Shown: positions 18,212 to 28,639 of the stretch, in pieces | How positions within the stretch are numbered: position 1 is the first letter of the stretch | Layout of the letters: each line of letters opens with the position of its first letter | Assembly (NCBI GenBank): GCA_963827235.1 | Contig: CAWHAE010000009.1 | Span: 128,001 to 192,000, forward strand | Length of the DNA: 64,000 bases | Direction: 5' to 3' | DNA from: an uncultured bacterium | Lineage (GTDB): Bacteria; Chloroflexota; UBA5177; JANWHV01 | The notes under the pieces: model-generated | Databases searched by the model: none | Told to the model about the DNA's origin: nothing | Seen by the model: the letters and a program-made list of their open reading frames with translations, nothing else | Translations under genes and position numbers: made by a program

Positions 18212-19975
18212 ATGAGCACGAGCGACCCACCGGCACACCCACAAGCAGCCCGGCCGGACGTGCGGGTATCGGCGAGCACGCTGCGAGCCCGTAGGCAAGC
18301 GTTCTGGCGTGCCGGCACAACGCTGATCTTCGCACTTGTTGCAGTCGCCCCAATGTACTCCAGCCCCACTCTCGCCACCTATGCTGCCGTCGTCGTCCTC
18401 TACGTCTTCTGCGAGTGGCTGGTCGTCATATTGCACGAGTCCGGGCATCTCCTGGCAGGACTGACCATGGGCTACCGGTTCCGGCAGTTGCGGGTTGGCC
18501 CTCTGCTGCTCTACGTCCGCATCCCGGGCCGTGGCCTGCGCGCCGGATGGGCACAGCGAGCTCGGGGCGGGCATTGCGCAATGATCCCGAATGGCCGGCG
18601 CAGCACATGGCATGAGGCATGCTGGCTTCTCGCCGCTGGATCGTTTGTGACGTGCCTCCTGGGCGGAGTGAGTGTAGCGTGTCTGGTGGGCGGAGTCTGG
18701 AACGCCAGACAGCCTTCGTTGGTTGGCGTTGCGCTCTACGAGTTCGCAGTGGCGTCGATGATCAGTCTCTACGTGAACGCTGTGCCATACATGTCTGCTA
18801 ACGCCACGCGAGACTTCGCATGGCTCTGGTGGCTGCTGCGAAACCCCAACACGCGGGAGCAGGCTATGGCCGTGCGCCATGTCTCGGAGATGCTTGCGCA
18901 GGGTACACGACCCCGTGATCTGCCCGAGGATCTGCTCGCGCGCGTGCTTGAGGTCCCGGCACCACCCGTGTTGGTCGTGCTCGCCTCTATGCAGCTCTAC
19001 TACCGGCAGATCGATTTGCGACAGGCGCCGGAGGCCATTGCTACGCTCGACGAGCTTGCACGCAGGATCCGTCGGAAACGCGCGCGTCTCATTGCCTCCT
19101 TCCAGGTTGAGGTTGCATTCTTCATTGCCCGGTACCGGTATGAAGGCAGGCGTGCCAACGCCATTCTCGCCAAGGTACGTTCCAGGCAAGTGGAAAGGTC
19201 ACGACTGCTGCGCGCCCGCGCCGCGGCGGCTTTGGCCATGGGCGAGTGGGCGCAAGCGGAGAGCTACGTCGTCGAGGCTCGTCGACAGCTCGTGTCACAT
19301 GTCGAACAAGGTCTTTCCTTCGCGGAAGATGCCTGGCTTCAGCAGATTCTGGGCGGTGTTGCGCTTGGGCGTGGAGAGCAGCCTTCGGTAATCCCTGTCC
19401 GGGTGCAGGCTTCCGGCACCTTGCTCGAGGTGCCTCAGGCGCTGCCTGGGCGAGATCTCAGCGAGGAAGACCTGGCTTCCGTGGGAAACACGTGCCAGGT
19501 ACTCGGCCTGACGCTGCGACTGCGTATTGCCATACGGCTGGCGCAGGATGAGGCCGTGCGCTTCCATCACGACTTCGTCGGCACCGAGCATCTGCTGCTG
19601 GGCCTGGCCCGCCTGGATGGCAGCCTGGCCGCTCGCGTGCTGCAGAGTAGCGGCGTCACGTTGCCTCAGCTGCACGGCGAGGTGGCTTCCGGCATGGATG
19701 CGGATGATGAACAGGTACCCGAAGCCACCGAGTTCACGGACCAGGCGAAGGTAGCTTTCACGACGGCGGTGCGGGAGGCCCGCAACCTTGGGCACGAGCA
19801 TGTTGGCTCGGAGCACCTTCTGCTGGGCCTGCTTGGCAACGAGGACGGCAATGCCGCCGTCGCCCTGGTCAAGCGGGGACTGACACTTCGGGCACTTCGC
19901 ACGACGATTGAGCGTCTCATGGAATCGGTCCTCCCCGTCGCTCCTGCGACCACGGCATCCGGTTCCGACGTCTAG
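18212..19975 (+). CDS. M50-like membrane metallopeptidase fused to a Clp N-terminal (Clp_N) domain
   Basis: TM segments with ILHESGHLLAG (HExxH); C-terminal double Clp_N repeats (AQDEAVRFHHDFVGTEHLLLGL; AVREARNLGHEHVGSEHLLLGLL). Confidence 0.8.
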   Translation: MSTSDPPAHPQAARPDVRVSASTLRARRQAFWRAGTTLIFALVAVAPMYSSPTLATYAAVVVLYVFCEWLVVILHESGHLLAGLTMGYRFRQLRVGPLLLYVRIPGRGLRAGWAQRARGGHCAMIPNGRRSTWHEACWLLAAGSFVTCLLGGVSVACLVGGVWNARQPSLVGVALYEFAVASMISLYVNAVPYMSANATRDFAWLWWLLRNPNTREQAMAVRHVSEMLAQGTRPRDLPEDLLARVLEVPAPPVLVVLASMQLYYRQIDLRQAPEAIATLDELARRIRRKRARLIASFQVEVAFFIARYRYEGRRANAILAKVRSRQVERSRLLRARAAAALAMGEWAQAESYVVEARRQLVSHVEQGLSFAEDAWLQQILGGVALGRGEQPSVIPVRVQASGTLLEVPQALPGRDLSEEDLASVGNTCQVLGLTLRLRIAIRLAQDEAVRFHHDFVGTEHLLLGLARLDGSLAARVLQSSGVTLPQLHGEVASGMDADDEQVPEATEFTDQAKVAFTTAVREARNLGHEHVGSEHLLLGLLGNEDGNAAVALVKRGLTLRALRTTIERLMESVLPVAPATTASGSDV

Positions 19976-20276
19976 CCTGCCTGCCACCGCTCGTTGTCTC
20001 CGGCGCCTGCCGTGCCAGTACTGCTACCCTCGCCTCGCGTGCCGGACAGGCTCGGCGTTTCAAACCGCCCGCCTCTCACGATGCCTATGCGAAGGCCGTG
20101 CTACGATGCACGGTAGCAGTGCTCAAACCGGCGTGGCGCTGCCCTCCCCGGCCAGACTGCTCGCGCTGCGGACTCGCATGCGAGGCGGGCCGTCAACGGC
20201 CACGAGTCATTGCGCACCGCCGTCGAGGTTGAGCTCCACGGCACGGCGGCAGCACCTGTTACATGAAGGAGACAAG

Positions 20277-21188
20277 ATGAAAGCCATGGTTTTCGACCAC
20301 TACGGTGGCCCCGAGGTCCTGCACGCGGCCGAGGTCGCCACCCCGGCGGCCGGCCCGGGCCAGCTCCGCATCCGCGTCAAGGCGGTCGGAGTCAACCCGC
20401 TGGACACCAAGATCCGGTCTGGCATGATGCAGGCCATACGGCCCATGACCCTGCCCGCGATTGTCGGCATCGACGTGGCGGGCGTCGTCGATCAGGTGGG
20501 TGAGGGGGTCACGGACGCGGCGGTGGGCGACGACGTGCTGGGGTGGGCCGACACCGGCGCCTACGCCGAGTACGCCTTGGCGACCAAGGTGGCGCGCAAG
20601 CCGGCCGCCCTGGGCTGGGACACCGCCGCCGCGCTGCCGGTCGCCGGAGAGACCGCGCTGCGCGTGCTGGACCTCCTCGAGGTCAAGGCCGGAGAGACGC
20701 TGCTGATCCACGGCGCGGCAGGAGCAGTGGGCACGATCGCTGTCCAGCTGGCGGTAGTCCGGGGCGCGACCGTGATCGGCACGGCCAGCCCGGCGAACCA
20801 CGCGTACCTCCGCGATCTCGGTGCTATCCCGGTGGAGTATGGTGACCGGCTGGTAGAACGGGTTCGCGCCCTGGCTCCGCGCGGCATAGACGCAGTCCTC
20901 GATGCCGCCGGCAGGGGCGCTCTCCCAGCATCCATCGAGCTGCGGGGCGGCACGTCGCGCGTCGTCACGATCGCCGACATGGGAGCCCAAAAACTCGGCG
21001 TGCACTTCGCCGCCGGCACCGGGGCAACACGGTCGGCGCCCGCGCTCGCCGAGTTAGCCCGGCGCGCCGCCGGCGGCGCGCTCCGGGTGACCGTGTCCGC
21101 GACCTATCCGCTCGAGCAGGCGGCCGAGGCCCACCGCGTCTCAGAGGTGGGGCACCTGCGCGGCAAGATCGTGCTTCTGGTCGACTGA
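20277..21188 (+). CDS. NADP-dependent quinone oxidoreductase (MDR family)
   Basis: YGGPEVL, GVNPLD, LIHGAAGAVG and GHLRGKIVL. Confidence 0.92.
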   Translation: MKAMVFDHYGGPEVLHAAEVATPAAGPGQLRIRVKAVGVNPLDTKIRSGMMQAIRPMTLPAIVGIDVAGVVDQVGEGVTDAAVGDDVLGWADTGAYAEYALATKVARKPAALGWDTAAALPVAGETALRVLDLLEVKAGETLLIHGAAGAVGTIAVQLAVVRGATVIGTASPANHAYLRDLGAIPVEYGDRLVERVRALAPRGIDAVLDAAGRGALPASIELRGGTSRVVTIADMGAQKLGVHFAAGTGATRSAPALAELARRAAGGALRVTVSATYPLEQAAEAHRVSEVGHLRGKIVLLVD

Positions 21189-21332
21189 GCCTGCCCACGC
21201 GCGCCGCCGAGGCCCCTAGCGCTGGCAGGCAGATAGCGCACGGTCCGTGCGCACTCCCATCAGATGTCCGACTATGCCGCACCTGATCTATCATGGGCAC
21301 CGAGTGGACCGTAACGAGCTGAGCAGCGAGAG

Positions 21333-22202
21333 GTGAACCACATGGCACCGGCGCGCCGTTTGCACTTCGGCATCAAGACCGCTCCCCAGAACACCACCTA
21401 CGACGATGTCTTGCGCGTCTGGCAGGAGGCCGATGAGCAGCCGCTGCTCGAGCACGCCTGGCTCTTCGACCACTTCATGCCCATCTTTGGCGACCCGACC
21501 GGTCCCTGCCTGGAGGGATGGACGCTCCTCACGGCGCTCGCCGCTTTGACCGAGCGCCTGCGCGTCGGCCTGATGGTCACCGGGAACACCTACAGGCACC
21601 CCGCCGTACTTGCCAATATCGGTGCCACGCTCGATATCATATCGCGCGGGCGGCTCGACTTTGGGCTTGGCGCCGGGTGGAACGAGCGGGAGCACCAGGC
21701 GTATGGCATCCCGCTCTACCCGGTGGGGGAGCGAATCCGCCGCCTGGGCGAGTCCTGTGAGGTGATTCGCCGGCTGTGGACGGAGCAGGCGCCCTCCTTC
21801 GAGGGCAAGTACTTTCACCTGACCGATGCCTACTGCGAGCCGAAGCCGGTGCAGAAGCCTCACCCACCCTTCGTCATCGGCGGCAGCGGCGAGAAACTGA
21901 CCCTGCGCGTGGCCGCTCGCTATGCGAGCATCTGGAACTACGTCACCGGTCCGGTCGAGGAGTTCCAGCGCAAGAACGCGGTGCTCGACGAGCATTGCCG
22001 GTCGATCGGCCGCGACCCGGCTGAGATTCAGCGCTCCGTGCAGCTGATGATGGAACCCACTGACTGGCCGGCCAGCCGGGAGCTGGTACGCGGCTACATC
22101 GATGCCGGCGCGAGCCACCTGATCCTCAACCTGCGCCCACCGTACCCCGAACGGATCGCCCGCAGCCTGGTAACGGAGATAGTCGAGCCCTTACTGTCGT
22201 AG
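21333..22202 (+). CDS. LLM-class F420-dependent oxidoreductase
   Basis: WLFDHFMP, LEGWTLL, VTGNTYRHPAVLA and PKPVQKPHPP. Confidence 0.92.
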   Translation: MNHMAPARRLHFGIKTAPQNTTYDDVLRVWQEADEQPLLEHAWLFDHFMPIFGDPTGPCLEGWTLLTALAALTERLRVGLMVTGNTYRHPAVLANIGATLDIISRGRLDFGLGAGWNEREHQAYGIPLYPVGERIRRLGESCEVIRRLWTEQAPSFEGKYFHLTDAYCEPKPVQKPHPPFVIGGSGEKLTLRVAARYASIWNYVTGPVEEFQRKNAVLDEHCRSIGRDPAEIQRSVQLMMEPTDWPASRELVRGYIDAGASHLILNLRPPYPERIARSLVTEIVEPLLS

Positions 22203-22227
22203 GCGACTTTCAGGTCTTGGCATGAGA

Positions 22228-22484
22228 TGGCTGACGGCAGGACGAGGCATCGTGCACTGCGAGATGTTCCCACTTCTCGACCGCACCGGCCCAACCGCTC
22301 GCAGCTGTTCCAGATCTGGCTGAACCTGCCGGCTGCCAACCAGATAGTAGAACGGTACTTCACGATGCTCTGGCGCGAGCACCTGCCCCGCCCGGTAGCC
22401 ACGGACGACGCCGGGCGAACGATCGAGGTGACCTTGGTCGCGGGAGCGCTCGCGGAGCCGCAGCCGCCGGCTCCCCCTCCGAAT
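22228..22484 (+). pseudogene. Frameshifted internal fragment of a pirin family gene
   Basis: WLTAGRGIVHCEMFPLLD in one frame continues as LFQIWLNLPA...FTMLWRE...VAG in another; no start and no C-terminus. Confidence 0.75.
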
Positions 22485-22751
22485 GGCAACCGAACGCACG
22501 CACACGGCAATGTGCCTGGTCGCCGTGCTCACGGTCTTGCCGGAGGTGAACCGATCCTGGGTTGTCTCCTCGGCTGTGTGGCACCTGCACGAGGGCAAGT
22601 CGCGAGACTCATACAGCCTGTTTGACAAGCGTTTCCAGGTCCCGGCAACAACCCGGTTTTGGCACACTGCAGCGAAGATCCTAGGAATGACCAAGCCAAG
22701 GCCAAGGCATTGACCGCACAGCCAACAGGCAACCCGCCGCCCGCGGCGAAA

Positions 22752-23636
22752 ATGCACGCCGAAGAGGTAGATATTGACCTTCCTCTCGTTCGCGCATTGC
22801 TTGCCGCGCAGTTCCCGGCGTGGGCATACCTGCCGATCCGCGCCGTCGGACCGTTCGGGACGGACAATGTGCTCTATCGGCTAGGCGCCGACATGGTCGT
22901 GCGACTGCCTCGTCGCGTGCAGGACGTCGCCACCCTGATCAAGGAACGTACGTGGCTGCCCCGCCTTGCGCCGCTCCTGCCGCTCGCTATCCCGACCCCG
23001 CTCGCTCATGGCATGCCCGGCAGTGGCTACCCCCTCGAGTGGTCGATTTACCGGTGGCTCGACGGGGAGAGCGCCAACCTCGCGCCCATTGCCGACCTGC
23101 GACGGGCCGCGACCGATCTGGCAGCGTTCATCACCGAGCCGCAATCTATCGACACCACGGGTGGGCCACGGCCGGAGAATGACTCGGCCCGCGGCGTGCC
23201 GCTGGCACGACGGGCCGCGGCGACGCGCGCGGCGATTGCAGCCCTGCATGAAGAGGTCGATACCGTCAGGGTAACCGCATCCTGGGAGGCGGCACTGCGT
23301 GCGCAAGCATGGCACGGCCCGCCCGTGTGGTTCCACGGCGACCTCGACGCACGCAACCTGCTCGTCACGAACGGCCGGCTCAGCGCCGTCATCGACTTCG
23401 GATGCCTGGGCGTGGGTGACCCTGCCTGCGACGTGATGGTCGCCTGGAAGCTCTTCACACCGGCTGCCCGCCACAGCTTTCGCACGCTACTTGCGGTCGA
23501 CGAGGCGACTTGGGCGCGGAGCCGCGGCTGGGCACTTTCCCAGGCGCTGCTGATTCTGGCCTACTATACCCCGGAGACGAACCCGGTACTCGTAGGTGAA
23601 GCGAAGCGCTGGGTGGCAAACGTGCTCGCCGACTAG
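22752..23636 (+). CDS. Aminoglycoside phosphotransferase (APH) family protein
   Basis: GTDNVLYRLG, WFHGDLDARNLL and VIDFGCLGVGDPACD; true start may be slightly upstream. Confidence 0.9.
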   Translation: MHAEEVDIDLPLVRALLAAQFPAWAYLPIRAVGPFGTDNVLYRLGADMVVRLPRRVQDVATLIKERTWLPRLAPLLPLAIPTPLAHGMPGSGYPLEWSIYRWLDGESANLAPIADLRRAATDLAAFITEPQSIDTTGGPRPENDSARGVPLARRAAATRAAIAALHEEVDTVRVTASWEAALRAQAWHGPPVWFHGDLDARNLLVTNGRLSAVIDFGCLGVGDPACDVMVAWKLFTPAARHSFRTLLAVDEATWARSRGWALSQALLILAYYTPETNPVLVGEAKRWVANVLAD

Positions 23637-24187
23637 GCTGCGAAGTCCTGAAGCTCGCCGTTGTCCAGCAGGTGCGCTCGTCTCGCCTGAACGAAACGAG
23701 CTTCGCCGCGGTCCGTGCGACCGCTACGCTCGGCCGCACGCGTGTGCAGGTCGCTCCTGTCCCGGCACCTGCGATAGGGTACGACGGCAATCGCGCTCGG
23801 CATCAGGCTTCGCCTCGCCGCTGGCGCCTGCGGACAGCGCCCGACAAGCGAGCTGTCGCGACCTGGTCGCGGTGTGGCTATCGCAAGCGTTCGGCCTTCA
23901 CGGCCCGGCGACAACCCGCGCTGTTGCTGTGCCGGCTGCAATGTGCATCCCTGCGCCGCCGGTTGCCCGAGCATAGGTAAGGTAGAGCCCGTCGAGCACC
24001 GGCGTACCGCACGCCAGCATCCCGCCTCTACCGCGCCCTTGCCAAGGTCGCCTCGGAGACAAAGCGCCGTACCCGGCGCCAATACCTGGAGGCGGGAGCA
24101 CGGATGTGCCGATCAGCCGGCACGGGTCGGCGATCGGAGATAGATAATACTCCCAACAGGCCATTGCACGTACCTTTCGACGTCTGT

Positions 24188-24207
24188 ATATTTAACTAGG
24201 TGAACAT
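24188..24207. promoter_or_regulatory. Putative MarR operator
   Basis: AT-rich imperfect palindrome ATATTTAACTAGGTGAACAT upstream of the MFS-MarR pair. Confidence 0.45.
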
Positions 24208-24262
24208 TTAGATGTTGAGATTCTCATACTGTGTAATGCATGCTTCGACAGGAGGAGCAAGT

Positions 24263-25828
24263 ATGGCCGTGCAGTCCCCGGGCACGCCGCCCGGCGCACC
24301 ATTTACCTTGCGTTCGATCTTGGTGCCCTTGCTGACGCTGATCGTCGGCATGTTCATGGTTCTGCTCGACATGACCGCCGTCAACGTGGCGCTGCCGACG
24401 CTGGTAAAGGACTTCCACTCCCCGCTGAGTACCGTACAATGGGTGCTCACCGGGTATATGCTCGCGCAAGCCGCGGTCATTCCTCTGGCCGGCTGGCTTT
24501 CGGATCGTTTTGGCGCTAGACGTATCTTCCTCTTTGCTGTCGCTCTCTTCACACTGGGCTCCGGACTCTGCGCCGTGGCCCAAAGCGACACGATGCTGAT
24601 CGCGTTCCGCGTCTTGCAGGGGTTGGGCGGCGGTTTCGTCATGCCGATAGCAATGGCCTACACTTATCGCCTCAGCCCGCCCGACAAGATCGGCATGGTT
24701 ATGGGTACGATGGGTATCCCGATTCTCTTCGCACCCGCGCTCGGCCCGACCATCTCCGGCTGGCTGGTCCAGTATGCGGATTGGCGCTGGATTTTCTCCA
24801 TCAACCTCCCGATCGGCGTCATCGCCCTCTGGCTTGGCTCGCGCAAGCTGCCGATCGTCGGCACCAAGGCGGCAGGCGAGCTCGACCTGCCCGGCATCGT
24901 GCTTGGCCCGCTCGCCTTCAGCCTGCTCTCCTACGGTGTCAGTGAAGGGGCGACGAGCTGGACCTCCGGCAATACCCTCGTCGGCCTGATCGGCGGCGTT
25001 GCCGCACTGGCGGCGTTCATCGTCGCCGAGCTGCGTGCCCACAAACCGCTGCTTGAGCTCCGCGTGTTCGGATCGATCGACTTCTCGCTGGCCGTAGTCG
25101 CGCAATGGGTCGGACAGATCGGCCTGTTCGGCGGTATCTTCCTCGTCCCGTTGTTTCTACAGCAAGTACGCGGCTACGGGCCGTTCGACACAGGGCTCGT
25201 GCTAGTGGCGCAGGCGCTGGCTGCCGCGGTCTTCATGCCCATCGGCGGCCAGCTCTTCGACAAGATCGGCGTGCGACCTCTGGTGGTCGGCGGCTTGGGA
25301 CTCGTCTCGGCCGGAACCTACATGCTGACGCAACTCAGCGGCAGCACGACCGGCACGGATATGGTCCTGCCGCTCGTCCTCCGCGGCGCGGGCATGGCGC
25401 TGATGATGATGCCGCTCAGCACGCACATTCTCAACTCGGCGCCGCGCGAGCTGGTGAGCCGGGTGACGTCACTCACCACGGCACTGCAGATGGTGATCAA
25501 TTCTCTTGCCGTGGCTGGACTCTCGACCATACTTTCTTCCAGGACCGCGTACCATGCCGCCACGGCGCAAATCAACGCCCTCGCTGCCAAAGCGGCTGCA
25601 GCGGCCGCGCACGCCCATGCGGCCGGACATGCCTTGTCGGCTCCCTCCTCGACAAGCCTCCCGCTGCCGATCGCCAATCTCTTTGCGCATGCGTTCAGCG
25701 ATACGCTCATGGCGACGACCGTCATAGCAATTGTCGGCGCGCTTCTGGGCTTCACGCTGCGGCGTAAGCCTGCCGCGCAAGCCTCCGCCGCGCCGGGCGG
25801 CCAATCTGCTTTTGAAATGGTAGGCTAA
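24263..25828 (+). CDS. DHA2 family MFS efflux transporter (EmrB/QacA-like)
   Basis: LDMTAVNVALP, GWLSDRFGARR and PALGPTISGWLV..WRWIF; AGGAGG RBS. Confidence 0.93.
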   Translation: MAVQSPGTPPGAPFTLRSILVPLLTLIVGMFMVLLDMTAVNVALPTLVKDFHSPLSTVQWVLTGYMLAQAAVIPLAGWLSDRFGARRIFLFAVALFTLGSGLCAVAQSDTMLIAFRVLQGLGGGFVMPIAMAYTYRLSPPDKIGMVMGTMGIPILFAPALGPTISGWLVQYADWRWIFSINLPIGVIALWLGSRKLPIVGTKAAGELDLPGIVLGPLAFSLLSYGVSEGATSWTSGNTLVGLIGGVAALAAFIVAELRAHKPLLELRVFGSIDFSLAVVAQWVGQIGLFGGIFLVPLFLQQVRGYGPFDTGLVLVAQALAAAVFMPIGGQLFDKIGVRPLVVGGLGLVSAGTYMLTQLSGSTTGTDMVLPLVLRGAGMALMMMPLSTHILNSAPRELVSRVTSLTTALQMVINSLAVAGLSTILSSRTAYHAATAQINALAAKAAAAAAHAHAAGHALSAPSSTSLPLPIANLFAHAFSDTLMATTVIAIVGALLGFTLRRKPAAQASAAPGGQSAFEMVG

Positions 25829-25835
25829 CACTTCT

Positions 25836-26345
25836 ATGACTTTCGCCTCTGAGTCAGCAGTTCAGTCCGCCGGTTCCATCCGGAGCAGCGATATTGACGA
25901 ATGCATTGAAACGCTGGTAGAGATCCTGCCTCGTGTCACACGCATGCTCAAGTCGCAGTTGCGGGGCGGCAAGCTCACGCCGCAGAACATGATCTTGCTG
26001 ACGATCATGCAAGAGCTCGACGATATTCATGAGGATGGCTCAAATCCGGGCGAGCTTGCCAGGAAATCCTGCCTGTCCAGCGCGGCAATCACCGCCGCGC
26101 TGGACGATCTCGTGGCGGGAGGCTTTTGCGTGCGCGCGCATAGCGAGAAGGACCGGCGAAAGGTACTGCTCCACGTCACGCCACACGGCCGCTTGGCCCT
26201 GGCCGAGATGCGCGAAGACATCAGGGCATTGCTGTATCGTATGCTGAACGGCTGGGACGTGGAGCGCGCCACGCGACTGCGCATGGCGCTTGTGGACCTC
26301 GATGCCGCCGTGCAGACCGCTGTCTCAGCCCCGCCAATGGGCTGA
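25836..26345 (+). CDS. MarR family transcriptional regulator
   Basis: Winged HTH with GELA...AITAALDDLV and DRRKVLLHVT. Confidence 0.88.
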   Translation: MTFASESAVQSAGSIRSSDIDECIETLVEILPRVTRMLKSQLRGGKLTPQNMILLTIMQELDDIHEDGSNPGELARKSCLSSAAITAALDDLVAGGFCVRAHSEKDRRKVLLHVTPHGRLALAEMREDIRALLYRMLNGWDVERATRLRMALVDLDAAVQTAVSAPPMG

Positions 26346-26393
26346 GCGCGCATTGGCCATGCCCGACAGGGAGCAGACCCGGGCTCGACCACG

Positions 26394-26486
26394 CTCGACG
26401 CACAGCAAGTACGTATCTGCGATGAGCACGGAGAGTTCTGGGTCGTGATGCGCGATCCCGAAGGTAGCGAGTTCTGCGTGCAATAG
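26394..26486 (+). pseudogene. VOC/glyoxalase family C-terminal remnant
   Basis: DEHGEFWVVMRDPEGSEFCVQ* matches the xDPEGNEFC terminus of VOC proteins; no upstream body. Confidence 0.65.
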
Positions 26487-26529
26487 GCGCAGCCGGCTGT
26501 GCCTTCTGTCACGGTGGCCCGGGAGCGTG

Positions 26530-27009
26530 TCAGCGACCTGGGTCGGCCTGCAGCCCTCCCCAGGTCCAGCGGGGCACGGGACGGCCCGCCGGTACGACGG
26601 CGTCGGCCGGCGCGTAGCGCATGACGTCGGCAACCGCCCACTCCATGTAGGCCCGCAGCGCGGCGCGCAGCTCGGTGTCGGTCGGCAGGCCGGCGTCGTC
26701 GAAGGCGCCAACGAAACAGCCGAGGAAGCGGCTACCAAGCCCGGCGTCTGCTTGCGTGCTGGCGTGCACGTCCAGCATGGCGGAGTGACCGCCGGTCTCT
26801 TGCGTGTAGGCGGGGGGACCGCCGAAGACCTCTGCCCAGTAGGCAGCCAGCCGCTCGATATGCTGGGGGTGCCCGGGATGGGAGAATGGGTGATTCAGCA
26901 CAGGGTCAGCCAGACAGCGCTGGTGGTGCGCGGCCGCCAGCCGCAAGAACGCTCCCTCTCCGCCGGCAGCCTCGAAGATTGACACGCTGTGCCGGTCACT
27001 GGTGTTCAC
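26530..27009 (-). CDS. Group II truncated hemoglobin-like protein
   Basis: SIFEAAGG, DPVLNHPF and HIERLAAYWAEVFGGP; GAAAGGAG RBS before GTG 27009. Confidence 0.85.
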   Translation of the reverse strand: MNTSDRHSVSIFEAAGGEGAFLRLAAAHHQRCLADPVLNHPFSHPGHPQHIERLAAYWAEVFGGPPAYTQETGGHSAMLDVHASTQADAGLGSRFLGCFVGAFDDAGLPTDTELRAALRAYMEWAVADVMRYAPADAVVPAGRPVPRWTWGGLQADPGR

Positions 27010-27243
27010 TGTCCTGCTCCTTTCAGTCCGGTAGAGGCTAACACCCAGAAGAGGCCCCTGGGGCAGCGTGAGAGCAGGCCGAAACCGTTCCCAGATCGCT
27101 GCCCCGTCGATAAAGAGGCTTTCCATGATCCGGATAGCTTCCGCGTCCGGCCGCACGGACAGACTCCTCAACGGCTCCGTGACGAGCCCACGGTAGTACG
27201 TCAAGTAGTCGACCATCCCTCCCCTGGCGGCCACGTGCGTCGA

Positions 27244-28287
27244 TCAGGTGGCAGCGCGCTGCGGGGCAAGCGGTACCCGGACCGGCTTTCGCTCCAGGCT
27301 GGATTGCCCGGCGGCGAAGATGATCTCGTGCGTCTTCACCGCGTCCTGAATGTCCGGCATCGGGGTCCGGTCGTGCACGATGCAGTCCACGAAGTGGTCA
27401 ACCTCGCCTTGGAACGGGTGGTGCGCGACCTCCGCCGTGTCCGGCATGACGGTGGGCACCTCCGCCCAGCCGGTCTGACCTTCAAGCATCTCGGCGTAGA
27501 AGCGGTTCTGCACCAGGGTGCCCTTGCTCCCGTGCAGACGGACCAGGAAGCTGTATGGGACGTTCCCCTCCACGATGCTGGCCACCTTGCCGATCGTGCC
27601 GTCGTCGAAGTGCAGCAACACGACCATGGTGGCGTCGTACTCGCACTCGCCGGTGAAGCTGCCTGCGTAGCACATCACCTCGTCCACCTCCCCGGGCATG
27701 AACTGGCGCAACGCATCCACGGCGTGGCAGCCGGACAGCAACAGCGAGTCGCCACCCTCCCGCTTGGTTCGTGTCCAGTCATGCCTGGTGTCCCCGTTGG
27801 GCCGGTTTCCACTCATGTACCCGGTCTCTCCATAGAACAGCTTCCCAAGGACATCGTTGCGGATCAGCGACTTGACCATGTCGAAGTAGGGGCTCCAGTG
27901 CAACACGAAGCCCGCCAGGCTCTTGACCTCTGCCGCGCCTATCGCCGCGTCCAGGCGACGCAGCTCGTCCAGGCTCATTGCCACCGGCTTTTCAATCAGG
28001 ACATGCTTGCCCGCCTCGGCAGCGGCGATCCCTTGTTCGGCATGGCTGGCGTTCAGACCGCAGATGTCGATAATGTCCAGGTTGTTCTGCCTCAGCATCT
28101 GCCCATAGTCCGTGTACACCTGGCAGTCCTTCAGGCCGTGCCGCTCAACCGCCGCCAGCGCGTTCTGCCGATCGCGGCTGCACACCGCCGCCACGCGGCA
28201 GTGGCCGTTCTTGAGCCAGGCATCAATATGCGGATGCGACACCCAGCCTATGCCGACAACGCCAACGCCAAGGCACCTGTCTGCCAT
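27244..28287 (-). CDS. Gfo/Idh/MocA family oxidoreductase
   Basis: VVGIGWVS, HVLIEKP and GCHAVD. Confidence 0.9.
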   Translation of the reverse strand: MADRCLGVGVVGIGWVSHPHIDAWLKNGHCRVAAVCSRDRQNALAAVERHGLKDCQVYTDYGQMLRQNNLDIIDICGLNASHAEQGIAAAEAGKHVLIEKPVAMSLDELRRLDAAIGAAEVKSLAGFVLHWSPYFDMVKSLIRNDVLGKLFYGETGYMSGNRPNGDTRHDWTRTKREGGDSLLLSGCHAVDALRQFMPGEVDEVMCYAGSFTGECEYDATMVVLLHFDDGTIGKVASIVEGNVPYSFLVRLHGSKGTLVQNRFYAEMLEGQTGWAEVPTVMPDTAEVAHHPFQGEVDHFVDCIVHDRTPMPDIQDAVKTHEIIFAAGQSSLERKPVRVPLAPQRAAT

Positions 28288-28398
28288 GCGATTCTTCCTC
28301 CTTGCTGCCACTCTCAGTTGCAGCTGTGCGCACCGACCGAGGGCATCGTCACCGTGACTATCATTGCATCTCCGCCAATGAGTGGACACCCGGCAGCG

Positions 28399-28464
28399 CG
28401 CAAGGGGGAGCAATTTCTCTACGAATATGACGCTGGCGCCAGCAGGCAGCACGATGTCGCTATC
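28399..28464 (+). pseudogene. Possible pRiA4b ORF3-like remnant
   Basis: KGEQFLYEYDAGASRQHDV resembles the GxxFxYxYDFGDxWxH motif; very short. Confidence 0.4.
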
Positions 28465-28639
28465 TATGCAGCGGAGCTGCCATGGTCCGGCAGAGATATC
28501 CACGGCAGGGCACTGCCTCTGCCATCGAGCAACAACAGCGGCAGGGGGATAGGCAGGAGCGCAGAGTCCTCGAGCAGACAAGCTGGGCCACGGCGAGGCG
28601 CATCGCTCTGCCGTGGCCCAGCTACTGTCGCGTGCCTGG

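Noticed and set aside
22752-23636. Bona fide aminoglycoside resistance gene
   Set aside because: Broad APH-like kinase family; substrate cannot be inferred from motifs
23640-24150. Gene or ncRNA in long intergenic gaps (also 17600-18150, 59600-60000, 63280-63700)
   Set aside because: No recognisable protein motif, convincing RBS-start or RNA family pattern found by eye
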